A DNA stretch of 64,000 nucleotides from an uncultured Alphaproteobacteria bacterium (GTDB taxonomy: Bacteria; Pseudomonadota; Alphaproteobacteria; Rhizobiales; Xanthobacteraceae). Both the position numbers and the translations under genes were made by a program. Location of the stretch: NCBI GenBank assembly GCA_963742095.1, contig CAVUKJ010000001.1:34494-98493 (forward strand), written 5' to 3'. Each line of letters starts with the position of its first letter. The stretch's first letter is position 1. Of this stretch, positions 29,252 to 36,656 are shown piece after piece. Under the pieces are notes generated by a model that worked only from the letters and a program-made list of their open reading frames with translations, searched no databases and was not told where the DNA came from.

Positions 29252-29276
29252 AAGCAACAGCACTTTTGTTTGTTCC
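29252..29276 (-). promoter_or_regulatory. weak EcfG-type promoter candidate (GGAAC-N16-GCTT)
   Basis: Lies 35 nt upstream of the ATG at 29217. The -10 element matches only at TT. Confidence 0.3.
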
Positions 29277-29368
29277 CCGCACATCGCAATCACATCATTG
29301 TGGCAACCCAGAACAGAGTTCCGGGCCAAGAGTTTCCTTACCCAAAGGCGCGGAGTTGAGGAAACGAC

Positions 29369-29569
29369 ATGCTGGAGGCCAAGACATATCGCCAGTACGC
29401 AGCGGACTGCATTCGCATTGCAGAGAAAATGAATTCTAAAGATAAGCAGATCCTTTTGAAGATCGCGGACGCTTGGTATATGCGGGCGGAGGAAGCAGAA
29501 CGTCGCGAAAACAAGAGCGACGGTAAGGGAAGTGGGCCTGATCCTGATACCATCGGGTCGCCTAAGTAA
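29369..29569 (+). CDS. small helical protein, family member b
   Basis: MLEAKTYRQYAADCIRIAEKMNSKDKQILLKIADAWYMRAEEAERR.... Confidence 0.5.
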   Translation: MLEAKTYRQYAADCIRIAEKMNSKDKQILLKIADAWYMRAEEAERRENKSDGKGSGPDPDTIGSPK

Positions 29570-29621
29570 AACAGCGTCCTTTGGAGTTCGTTTACTTAAA
29601 TCAATAAAGATTAAACCGATT

Positions 29622-29647
29622 GGAACCGACGAGACGGTAGCGAGTTA
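29622..29647 (+). promoter_or_regulatory. EcfG-type promoter candidate (GGAAC-N17-GTTA)
   Basis: GGAACcgacgagacggtagcgaGTTA, 43 nt upstream of the ATG at 29690. Confidence 0.5.
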
Positions 29648-29689
29648 CGCGATTGTCAAAAGACATAAAATCGTTTTCTAGAGTCTCCA

Positions 29690-29902
29690 ATGACCAACGC
29701 TGACCATTATCGCAAACTGGCAGCACAACTGACTGCCAAGGCGCGCCACGAAAAGAGCCCGGACCTACGGGCTGAGTTTCATCACTTGGCGCAAAACTAT
29801 ATTCGACTGGCGATACAAGCCGACCGTAACGCGCGAGCCGACGTCACCTACGAGCCAGCCTTTCGGCCTCGATTAGATGACCTTGGAGGCGAGCCCGCCT
29901 AG
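29690..29902 (+). CDS. small helical protein, family member c (divergent)
   Basis: MTNADHYRKLAAQLTAKARHEKSPDLRAEFHHLAQNYIRLAIQADRN.... The stop TAG is embedded in a CCGCCTAGTTCGGCG motif. Confidence 0.45.
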   Translation: MTNADHYRKLAAQLTAKARHEKSPDLRAEFHHLAQNYIRLAIQADRNARADVTYEPAFRPRLDDLGGEPA

Positions 29903-30052
29903 TTCGGCGAAACGATCGAAGCGATGGAGTGGGTTCTTGCGCCCGGAAGCGGTCTAGCCGCCATGATCGCTAGTTGGCTTCTCGGCATGTTTTTGGAACG
30001 GGGAGAGCATCGCGAACCGGGACAGTATTAGGCCGCGCCGGAGGGTTTCTGG

Positions 30053-30078
30053 GGAACCAGAAAAAGGGCGACTGCGTT
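30053..30078 (+). promoter_or_regulatory. EcfG-type promoter, full consensus GGAAC-N17-CGTT
   Basis: GGAACcagaaaaagggcgactgCGTT. No protein-coding ORF follows before the terminator at 30150. Confidence 0.6.
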
Positions 30079-30083
30079 TCGCC

Positions 30084-30177
30084 ATCGTCCGACGCAGGCA
30101 CATTGTCCCCCAACCCCTATGTATGCGTCGGCGTGTTGCTGGTCATTTAGAGGCCGCCTAGTTAGGCGGCCTCTTTT
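30084..30177 (+). ncRNA. candidate EcfG-dependent small RNA (about 95 nt)
   Basis: Bounded by the consensus promoter (30053-30078) and the terminator GAGGCCGCC-tagtta-GGCGGCCTC-TTTT (30150-30177). An internal 8-bp stem CCGACGCA/TGCGTCGG (30089-30131) has a 27-nt loop containing GTCCCCCAACCCC. Confidence 0.35.
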
Positions 30178-30186
30178 GGCGCGCCG

Positions 30187-30411
30187 ATGAACAAAGCTGC
30201 CCCCCTTTGCGTTAGGGGACTCGGAAAAGGGGGCCCGGTGCGAAAAATCTCCGAGTACCTAGAACATGCCAGAGAGTGCCGAGAAATGGCCCTTAAGGCC
30301 CGCGCGGATCAGCGGCAGCAACTAGAGAACATGGCCGCGACATGGGAGCAGCTTGCGGAGAACAGGCGCAAGAAGTTGGAGCGTGAGGGGCTATCCGCTG
30401 CCGAAGAGTAG
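30187..30411 (+). CDS. small helical protein, family member d (start 30187 or GTG 30238)
   Basis: ...VRKISEYLEHARECREMALKARADQRQQLENMAATWEQLAENRRKKLEREG.... Confidence 0.5.
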   Translation: MNKAAPLCVRGLGKGGPVRKISEYLEHARECREMALKARADQRQQLENMAATWEQLAENRRKKLEREGLSAAEE

Positions 30412-30440
30412 GCCGCCTCGGTTGGCGGCCTCTTTCATTT
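30410..30440 (+). terminator. intrinsic terminator / conserved composite-repeat head
   Basis: AGGCCGCC-tcggtt-GGCGGCCT followed by CTTTCATTT. The stop codon TAG lies inside the left arm. Confidence 0.55.
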
Positions 30441-30449
30441 AAAGCCAAA

Positions 30450-30574
30450 GGTCCGATCTTGCCTTTTGGCACTTAGCAGACATCGAATTTGACGCGATGA
30501 ATGTCTGCTTTCAGGGATAAAGCGGACATCGCATTGACCTGCGGGAATGTCTGCCAATGACCCAGAGCGGACAC
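30450..30574. repeat. hairpin-repeat locus C (three units)
   Basis: ttttggcacttAGCAGACAT; ATGTCTGCTttcagggataaAGCGGACAT (30501-30529); ATGTCTGCCaatgacccagAGCGGACAC (30547-30574). Confidence 0.8.
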
Positions 30575-30593
30575 TGCCGCCTTCGATAAGCAG

Positions 30594-30776
30594 TTACTTC
30601 TGTTCCGGTGCGGACTTTGCCGCCGAGGTCTTGACGCCGGTTTCAATTTCGGTGGCTTCAGCGTGATAGCGTGCCGCTTCCGCGCGCAAATTGTCTGAGC
30701 TTGCCCGGTCACTTACTTGTCGAGCCATCTCCAAACAAAGGTCCGCTTGGGCGCGCAGATATTGTGCATCGCGCAT
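30594..30776 (-). CDS. small helical protein, family member e
   Basis: MRDAQYLRAQADLCLEMARQVSDRASSDNLRAEAARYHAEATEIE.... Confidence 0.45.
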   Translation of the reverse strand: MRDAQYLRAQADLCLEMARQVSDRASSDNLRAEAARYHAEATEIETGVKTSAAKSAPEQK

Positions 30777-30896
30777 CAGCGTACTCCGCCAAATTATCGC
30801 TTTTTATTCGCCCGGGCGAGCTAGCTGCAGCTCAACTGCACGTTTTGTGCGGCACCGGTTACATGGCCCGGCATCCTTAAGGTGGTCATTAAGACG

Positions 30897-30922
30897 AACG
30901 TCAAAACCTTGCGTAACGTTCC
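30897..30922 (-). promoter_or_regulatory. EcfG-type promoter, full consensus GGAAC-N17-CGTT
   Basis: Minus strand GGAACgttacgcaaggttttgaCGTT, about 120 nt upstream of the ATG at 30776. Confidence 0.55.
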
Positions 30923-31015
30923 GGACATAATGGGGCCAGCGGGCGAGGCGCACTAGTTGCCAAACCATCTTCGTTCTGTGTAATTTTACGTTAGATGCGG
31001 CGCGGCGTTGTGGGG

Positions 31016-31249
31016 ATGCCGTTGCCTCTAAATCGTTTGCTTCACGAAGCCTCGTTTGACCAAGCGGACATTAGCCGCATGACGCGGGCCTATGAGGCCG
31101 CGCTTTCGCTGGTGCGCGTCAAGGACCAGACGGACGCGATCAAAGAATTGATAGCAAAGAAGATTATCGAGGTCACCCGCACGGGCGAACGTGATCCACC
31201 GCGGATTTGCGCCCGCGCACTGACGGAACTCGGCCTGACCATCGAATAG
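31016..31249 (+). CDS. hypothetical small protein, TGERDP family copy 1
   Basis: MPLPLNRLLHEASFDQADISRMTRAYEAALSLVRVKDQTDAIKELIAKKIIEVTRTGERDPPRICARALTELG. Clear paralog of 31417-31653. Confidence 0.5.
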   Translation: MPLPLNRLLHEASFDQADISRMTRAYEAALSLVRVKDQTDAIKELIAKKIIEVTRTGERDPPRICARALTELGLTIE

Positions 31250-31352
31250 CCTCGAACAGAAATCGGCAGAGCCAGTACGCTGGGCAAAAAACATCGCGGG
31301 TCGGGCGCTCCCATATTTTTGGAGTGAATACAGGTTTAAGTAGGCGTTGGTT

Positions 31353-31378
31353 GGAACCAATCCTCCCGAAACAAGTTT
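31353..31378 (+). promoter_or_regulatory. EcfG-type promoter candidate (GGAAC-N17-GTTT)
   Basis: GGAACcaatcctcccgaaacaaGTTT, 39 nt upstream of the ATG at 31417. Confidence 0.5.
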
Positions 31379-31416
31379 CGCTGATTGCAACTTCCTCCGT
31401 TCCCAAGGGGGCTACC

Positions 31417-31653
31417 ATGGCAATCTATCGGTTAATCGCGTCCGGTCATTTTGGGCCGGACGAAATCGAGGCTATGACAAAGGCATACGAGACTGCGTTG
31501 ATCGACCTTCGTATGATCAACCGAGATGACCCACTGACGGAAATCATCGCAAAATCAATCGTCAATGTGACAGCGACCGGCGAACGTGACCCAGAAGTCA
31601 TCAGCAAGCGGGCATTAAATGCGCTTGGCATCCGCAAAGGTGTTGCTGCGTAA
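31417..31653 (+). CDS. hypothetical small protein, TGERDP family copy 2
   Basis: MAIYRLIASGHFGPDEIEAMTKAYETALIDLRMINRDDPLTEIIAKSIVNVTATGERDPEVISKRALNALG. AAGGGGG SD. Confidence 0.55.
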   Translation: MAIYRLIASGHFGPDEIEAMTKAYETALIDLRMINRDDPLTEIIAKSIVNVTATGERDPEVISKRALNALGIRKGVAA

Positions 31654-31693
31654 GCTGCCTTAGTTGGCGGCCTCAATTTTTGCCACTAGCGCA

Positions 31694-31805
31694 ATGGTCG
31701 CTACTGGCACTCAGCGGACGTCGCAAAGCGACCGTCGAATGTCCGCTATTGAGCGGCAAAGCGGACATCCCAATTCGTCAGCGTAATGTCCGCTATAGCG
31801 GACAT
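31694..31805. repeat. hairpin-repeat locus D (three units)
   Basis: ATGGTCGCTactggcactcAGCGGACGT; ATGTCCGCTattgagcggcaaAGCGGACAT; ATGTCCGCTatAGCGGACAT, a perfect 20-bp palindrome (31786-31805). Confidence 0.8.
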
Positions 31806-31822
31806 GGACGACATTTCAAATG

Positions 31823-32074
31823 TTAGCTGCGAACGTGTCGCTGCAATGCGCGCACCGCACTTGCCGCGATACCAACGGGATCCTCAGTTCCTAAAGCAAT
31901 TTCCTGCCTGATCGCATCGTGCAAGTGGCTGACTATTCCGGCCTTGTCCATGAGCGCGCGGTCTTTGGGCACGTGGTCGCGCGCTAACTGAAAAGCCTGC
32001 TGATAGAGCAGTATTTTTTTCGCGATGATCGCCATTAGCGTGGGCTTTAGAACTCGCCGGATTGTTTCACGCAA
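31823..32074 (-). CDS. hypothetical small protein, distant relative of the TGERDP family (start uncertain)
   Basis: ...IVSHLHDAIRQEIALGTEDPVGIAASAVRALQRH resembles IAKKIIEVTRTGERDPPRICARALTEL. Confidence 0.35.
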   Translation of the reverse strand: MRETIRRVLKPTLMAIIAKKILLYQQAFQLARDHVPKDRALMDKAGIVSHLHDAIRQEIALGTEDPVGIAASAVRALQRHVRS

Positions 32075-32123
32075 AGAAAAGCTGAGGCGCCGGCTACGCC
32101 TCAGCTCCCACCAAGAGAAATAG

Positions 32124-32384
32124 TCAGTCCTTATCGATGTGGACCGATGTGCCGGTCGTGGTGTCGTCGGAGCATATCTTCGTTGTCTTTATGCGGTCCT
32201 CTGCCTTTTCCCGCAACTCGAACGCGAGCGGTCCAATTTGCGTGACCGTCGTTTGTTCTGTGGGCTTGGTAGTCGTCACGGTGCAGTGGCGGTCGGGGCC
32301 GCGCACCACGTAGTACTCGTCGGCCAATGCGGGAGCGGCGAAAGAGACTATAACCGCGGCCGCCAGCAAAGTTTTCGCATTCAT
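32124..32384 (-). CDS. small secreted protein
   Basis: Signal peptide MNAKTLLAAAVIVSFAAPALA, then DEYYVVRGPDRHCTVTTTKPTEQTT...KTTKICSDD with two Cys. GAGGAGG SD. Confidence 0.6.
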   Translation of the reverse strand: MNAKTLLAAAVIVSFAAPALADEYYVVRGPDRHCTVTTTKPTEQTTVTQIGPLAFELREKAEDRIKTTKICSDDTTTGTSVHIDKD

Positions 32385-32400
32385 ACGCGCCTCCTCATGC

Positions 32401-32493
32401 TCATTCAGGGAATGCTACCGCGTAAAGCGCAATGAAGACTAAGGTCCGAGCCGCGCCAACTGCGAACAGTGCGGTCAGAAGAACTCCGAACAT
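32401..32493 (-). CDS. 30-aa hydrophobic micro-ORF upstream of the secreted-protein gene
   Basis: MFGVLLTALFAVGAARTLVFIALYAVAFPE. GAGGA lies 8 nt upstream. Its stop is 16 nt before the next ATG. Confidence 0.3.
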   Translation of the reverse strand: MFGVLLTALFAVGAARTLVFIALYAVAFPE

Positions 32494-32658
32494 TTGCGCA
32501 ATCCTCAAGTAGCAATTTCTAATGCGCAGAGTCCGTGAAACGTTCCAATTCTCTAATTCGATAGGGCGAGGCATCTATTGGCGCTAGTGAGCGGACAGCG
32601 GCGCCTTGGTTCCAACAGTACCCCCTGCCGACGGCCGCGCGAGACACCTTGCGGCACC

Positions 32659-32733
32659 TTATCGTGCCAGCAGCACGATTAGCAGCAGCAACGGGATCGG
32701 GATGCCGAGCAGCCACAACAAAATGAGACCCAT
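32659..32733 (-). CDS. 24-aa hydrophobic micro-protein
   Basis: MGLILLWLLGIPIPLLLLIVLLAR. AGGAGG lies 5 nt upstream. It starts 9 nt after the stop of the upstream membrane-protein gene. Confidence 0.5.
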   Translation of the reverse strand: MGLILLWLLGIPIPLLLLIVLLAR

Positions 32734-32742
32734 GGAGTCCTC

Positions 32743-33666
32743 CTAATTGTCGATACGAGCTTCGGTATAGGCGCGGGTGCCGATAACGCCGCGCCAGCGC
32801 CGGTCGCGGAGCTGGCCGCCTTCGATCGCGGCAGCGCTCGCCGCGAAGGCGCCGACCAGCATGGAGATCGCCAGCCACATCGAAAGCTGGGCGGCTGCCT
32901 TGCGGGCCTTGTCGGCCGCGACCTTGGCCTGCGCCGTAACTTCGTCAACGCTCTTCTCGGCATCGGCCTGGCTGGTGCCAGTTTGTGCCGCGACAAGCTG
33001 CGCCAGATAGGCGCGGTCGTTCTGTTCAAGATTGCCGCCATTTGCCGCCGCATGGGCAAAAATCAGCCCCGCCTGACGGTTCGCTTGGATGCTCCCTTGA
33101 CCTTGGGTTCCGCCGCGAGCCGTCGTCGGGGCTGTGCTCGCTTGGGCCGGCGCAGCAGCCGCAGTATCGCCGCCGGCAGTCGGCCGGAACAGTTGGGCGA
33201 CATAGTAATCGGAGGTCGCGTTCGTGCGTTGCGGCGCCGCATTGGCGGCGACCGCCGCCGCGTCGGTGGTGGCACCTGCCGCAAAGAACGTCGCGGCTCC
33301 GCCGAGCACGGCCGCGCCGACGATCGTGGCGAGTCCCCAAGCCAGGAAGCCGTGCGCGGTGTCGCGGAACTGGACCTCGTAATTGTGGACGCCGCGCCAT
33401 TTGGTGCGCAGCCGGCCGGCGATATAGCCGGCAATGGTGGAGGCAATCAGCGCGATCACCACGAGATAGATGCCGGTGGCGATCTTGAAGGTCGTGGCTG
33501 ACAATCCGGCGCTCGGCCACGGCGACACCGAGGAAAAGCCGAGCGCGCTGCCGATCGAGAGCATCACCAGCGTCAGCGCCATGGCCGCGACCGAGCCGGC
33601 GATTACGGCACCCCAGGATATGGCGGAATCAGTTTCGACGAGATCGGTGCGCGACAGCTCAGCCAT
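32743..33666 (-). CDS. membrane protein of unknown function (Ala/Thr/Gly-rich central region)
   Basis: MAELSRTDLVETDSAISWGAVIAGSVAAMALTLVML.... At least 4 predicted TM segments. GAGGA SD. An EcfG-like promoter lies upstream. Confidence 0.6.
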   Translation of the reverse strand: MAELSRTDLVETDSAISWGAVIAGSVAAMALTLVMLSIGSALGFSSVSPWPSAGLSATTFKIATGIYLVVIALIASTIAGYIAGRLRTKWRGVHNYEVQFRDTAHGFLAWGLATIVGAAVLGGAATFFAAGATTDAAAVAANAAPQRTNATSDYYVAQLFRPTAGGDTAAAAPAQASTAPTTARGGTQGQGSIQANRQAGLIFAHAAANGGNLEQNDRAYLAQLVAAQTGTSQADAEKSVDEVTAQAKVAADKARKAAAQLSMWLAISMLVGAFAASAAAIEGGQLRDRRWRGVIGTRAYTEARIDN

Positions 33667-33696
33667 GGCGTATTCCTCAAATCGGTTGGCTGCCGA

Positions 33697-33722
33697 TAAC
33701 TTGAGCAGCGGAGGAATGTTCC
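33697..33722 (-). promoter_or_regulatory. EcfG-type promoter candidate (GGAAC-N17-GTTA)
   Basis: Minus strand GGAACattcctccgctgctcaaGTTA, 31 nt upstream of the ATG at 33666. Confidence 0.5.
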
Positions 33723-33852
33723 CTACGCGCGTACGCTTGCTGTATTGGCAGACACACATTGTAACGGCGAATGAGTGAGCGCCGCCAGACACGCCCACTG
33801 CGCCAAAGCCGTTAAAGTCTCAGACGGAAATCGCGTCTTCGCGCGCGGTACT

Positions 33853-33877
33853 CGAACCAACGCTAGTCCGGCGCGTT
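33853..33877 (+). promoter_or_regulatory. EcfG-type promoter candidate (CGAAC-N16-CGTT)
   Basis: cGAACcaacgctagtccggcgCGTT, 30 nt upstream of the ATG at 33907. Confidence 0.45.
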
Positions 33878-33906
33878 CATTGCGCAGCCACAAGGAGGAC
33901 GTTTCG

Positions 33907-34410
33907 ATGGCACAGAAAGAAACCAAGACACTGGATGAGCTATTTCACGACACGCTGAAAGACATTTATTTCGCCGAAAAGAAGATCCTCGCTACACTGC
34001 CCAAGATGGAAAAGGCCGCGCAATCCGATGACTTAAAGAAGGCATTTTCCAAGCACCGCACCGAAACCGAAGGCCATGTTGAGCGGCTAAAGAAGGTATT
34101 CGCGGCGATCGACAAGAAGCCGCAGGCCAAGACCTGTGACGCCATTGTCGGCATCACTGATGAAGGCGCGGAGATTATGAAGGAATACAAGGGCTCGCCA
34201 GCGCTCGATGCTGGCCTGCTGGCGGCGGCACAAGCGGTCGAGCATTACGAAATTTCGCGTTACGGCACGATGAAGACCTGGGCCAAGGAGCTCGGCCTCC
34301 CAAATGTTGTGCGCCTGCTCGACCAGACGCTCGAGGAAGAGAAGAAGACAGATCAGACGCTGAGCGAGATCGCCGAGAACGCCGTCAATCAAGAAGCCGA
34401 AGCGGCTTAA
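33907..34410 (+). CDS. ferritin-like DUF892 protein (YciE/YciF family)
   Basis: MAQKETKTLDELFHDTLKDIYFAEKKILATLPKMEKAAQSDDLKKAFSKHRTETEGHVERLKKVF...HYEISRYG. AGGAGG SD. Confidence 0.85.
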   Translation: MAQKETKTLDELFHDTLKDIYFAEKKILATLPKMEKAAQSDDLKKAFSKHRTETEGHVERLKKVFAAIDKKPQAKTCDAIVGITDEGAEIMKEYKGSPALDAGLLAAAQAVEHYEISRYGTMKTWAKELGLPNVVRLLDQTLEEEKKTDQTLSEIAENAVNQEAEAA

Positions 34411-34568
34411 AGCCGTACTAGCAGTTACGTTCAGCCCGTTCCGGCGTTTAGTGCCACGACTTCGCGAGAGCCGTGGCAGCCGGACTTTCGTGCCGAGATG
34501 AATGAGATTGTGGCAAAGATCGAGTTGGCGAGGTTGTAACGCCGCCGCAACCAGTCTGCGAAAAGACG

Positions 34569-34922
34569 TTATCGCACGCGAGCTCGTTGTTGGGAGCGCC
34601 TTTTCCGGGTATTTGCAGGGGTCCGCAGAGGACGCTTAGCAATGCGCTGTCTTAAATCGTTGGCTACCACCCCGGCAACCACAACAGCGGACAGCGCGGC
34701 CGCAAGGTATTTCCGCTTATTGGCGTCGTTGGTTGCCTTGGCGGCCTGCCGTACAAATCGTTTGTAGCGCTTTGTCGCGCCGGCAAGCATCTTACCAGAT
34801 TGATTTAGAACCGCACGTTCCGCGATCCGCACCAAGTCTTGAGAATCGGCCACTTTGGGGATTCGTCCAGATACCTTCCGATGAGGCGCGGTTTTGGAAG
34901 CTGTTTTCCGACGAGTTGCCAC
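34569..34922 (-). CDS. hypothetical basic protein
   Basis: AGGAG lies 6 nt before the GTG. Lys/Arg-rich with one hydrophobic stretch (AAALSAVVVAGVVA). No recognisable family. Confidence 0.35.
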   Translation of the reverse strand: MATRRKTASKTAPHRKVSGRIPKVADSQDLVRIAERAVLNQSGKMLAGATKRYKRFVRQAAKATNDANKRKYLAAALSAVVVAGVVANDLRQRIAKRPLRTPANTRKRRSQQRARVR

Positions 34923-34963
34923 AATAAGCTCCTGAAACAAGTACGGGTGTTTCCCGTGACGCG

Positions 34964-35272
34964 CTAAGCCGCGCGCTTTGCCTTTCGCTGCGGTGAATGT
35001 TTCTTTTGCGTCCCTTTGCTTGGCTGCAGCTTAGGCGCCGGCAAAAACTTTAGTGCGCTCGACAACCTTGTTGGCATTGCATCCCGAATGGCCTCGGGCA
35101 TTTTTTTAGCCCGGCTTTTGAGATATTTTTTATTTTCGGCGGAAATCCGCACAACATTACCCGCCAGCGTCCCGAGTTCAAACGCCATCATCGTCACCAG
35201 TTCAGGATTGTCGCGCAAAAATGTCCAGCACGTGTCAACGAGAGAATGGGTCGTAGTTTTCTTGCAATTCAT
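34964..35272 (-). CDS. hypothetical protein with basic C-terminal tail
   Basis: MNCKKTTTHSLVDTCWTFLRDNPELVTMMAFELGTLAGN...QPSKGTQKKHSPQRKAKRAA. GGAAGGA SD. Confidence 0.35.
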   Translation of the reverse strand: MNCKKTTTHSLVDTCWTFLRDNPELVTMMAFELGTLAGNVVRISAENKKYLKSRAKKMPEAIRDAMPTRLSSALKFLPAPKLQPSKGTQKKHSPQRKAKRAA

Positions 35273-35395
35273 AATCGAGGTTTCCTTCCCCGCCGCACGA
35301 GACAATCCCCGCAAAGCCAAACAGTTCCATTCGAGCCTTGCTGTGTTCGATCATCGATTGCCTGTGTCTTCAAACGTCGGGGGTCCGCTCGGACG

Positions 35396-35422
35396 AAAAA
35401 AATCCCCGGACTAATCCGGGGA
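35396..35422 (-). terminator. intrinsic terminator of the PRC-barrel gene
   Basis: TCCCCGGA-ctaa-TCCGGGGA. On the minus strand it is followed by T7. Confidence 0.65.
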
Positions 35423-35433
35423 TTTCACCCAAT

Positions 35434-35910
35434 TTATTTATTGTCCGATTTTGTATCACTGGCGTAATGGAAATCGGGCGCAGCTTTCAGCTGGTCTTTT
35501 GTCATGCCCAAGATGGCGTGGTCCGGGTAGCCCTTCGCGGCGTCAGTCTTGTTGGAATCGGCTGCGCCCGTCGTCGAGCGCTTGCCAGTGTCGGCCAACT
35601 CCTGAGCAACCCACCGCAGGGATGAAAACGGCACAGCGACATCTTTCTTATCAATGCCTAGAAAGCCTCCGACGCCGATCACCACGGCTTGGATCTTGCC
35701 ATCGCGGTCGACCAAAAGCTGGCTGATGTCGCCAATTTTGTTCTTCTGCGTATCATAGACGTTGACCCCGATAAGTTTCGACCCGAGCCATTCATTGGCC
35801 GACTGCTTGCTAACAAATGTACCGTGTTCAGACGCGGCATTTGCCAAGGCTGGGGCTGCCAATAAAGCTGCGCCGACCATCAAGCAGCCAAGAATGTTCG
35901 ATTTTTTCAT
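35434..35910 (-). CDS. PRC-barrel domain protein with signal peptide
   Basis: MKKSNILGCLMVGAALLAAPALANA..., then LIGVNVYDTQKNKIGDISQLLVDRDGKIQAVVIGVGGFLGIDKKDVAVPF. Confidence 0.8.
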   Translation of the reverse strand: MKKSNILGCLMVGAALLAAPALANAASEHGTFVSKQSANEWLGSKLIGVNVYDTQKNKIGDISQLLVDRDGKIQAVVIGVGGFLGIDKKDVAVPFSSLRWVAQELADTGKRSTTGAADSNKTDAAKGYPDHAILGMTKDQLKAAPDFHYASDTKSDNK

Positions 35911-35949
35911 AATGCTCCTCCGTTTTGTCGCGGGAATGCGATCAACTAA

Positions 35950-35974
35950 GGAACATTTGGCGACATGAAAGGTT
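35950..35974 (+). promoter_or_regulatory. EcfG-type promoter candidate (GGAAC-N16-GGTT)
   Basis: GGAACatttggcgacatgaaaGGTT, 75 nt upstream of the TTG at 36049. Confidence 0.4.
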
Positions 35975-36048
35975 GCTGCCGCGACGGTAAAAAATCAGCA
36001 CTATTAAATTGTTAAGTAGGCAGGTGAACAGCGGCTGAGGGAGCGTCA

Positions 36049-36247
36049 TTGAAAAAAGCGTCTGAGTATCATGCGCACGCTGACGAATGTCGGGTGCTCG
36101 CCCGCAACGATAGAAATCCGGAGCACAGGGCCATGCTCGCCCAAAATGGCTGAAACCTGGAAGACCCTTGCAATTGAACGCGAGACGCATTTAGCGTCGT
36201 CAGCGACGCATTGCCGCGCTGGAAGCCCGTCCGCCGAAGTCGAGTAG
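36049..36247 (+). pseudogene. small helical protein, family member f, frameshifted (extra A in the run 36143-36146) or sequencing error
   Basis: LKKASEYHAHADECRVLARNDRNPEHRAMLAQ, then a frame change to MAETWKTLAIERETHLA.... Joining the two frames restores the family pattern. Total length is 3n+1. Confidence 0.5.
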
Positions 36248-36276
36248 GACCAACTCAGTTGGCGGCCTCGCGTAGA

Positions 36277-36303
36277 ACGTCTGCTTTTGGCACGAAGCGG
36301 CTG
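36277..36303. repeat. degenerate hairpin-repeat unit
   Basis: ACGTCTGCTtttggcacgaAGCGGCTGT, directly after CTCAGTTGGCGGCCTC. Confidence 0.45.
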
Positions 36304-36386
36304 TTTAGTAGTGTGCCCAGTCACTGGCCTTGCACCCACCAAGGCAACGCGCGATCGTTAGGACTAGTGAATGGGAGGGCTCGGGG

Positions 36387-36656
36387 ATGTATCTTTCGAA
36401 CGAAAGCATTTTGGCCATTCTTGTGGTCGGCCTTATCGCTGGCTGGCTGGCCGGTAAGATCGTGGATGGCACCGGCTTTGGGCTTATCGGCGATCTCGCC
36501 ATTGGCATTGTCGGCGCGTTTATCGCGAGTTGGCTGCTGCCCCGGCTGGGCATAGGGCTCGGCGTTGGCCTAATCAGGGCAATCATCAACTCGACGATCG
36601 GCGCTGTTCTTTTGCTGGTGATCGTGCGGTTAGTGAAGCGGGGAGGCCGATGGTAA
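36387..36656 (+). CDS. GlsB/YeaQ/YmgE family stress-response membrane protein
   Basis: MYLSNESILAILVVGLIAGWLAGKIVDGTGFGLIGDLAIGIVGAFIASWLL.... GGGAGGG SD. Confidence 0.85.
   Translation: MYLSNESILAILVVGLIAGWLAGKIVDGTGFGLIGDLAIGIVGAFIASWLLPRLGIGLGVGLIRAIINSTIGAVLLLVIVRLVKRGGRW

Noticed and set aside
28962-29432. 156-aa plus-strand ORF.
   Set aside because: It reads through an intrinsic terminator and is antisense to helical-family ORF a. Its translation is Arg/Cys/Pro-rich.
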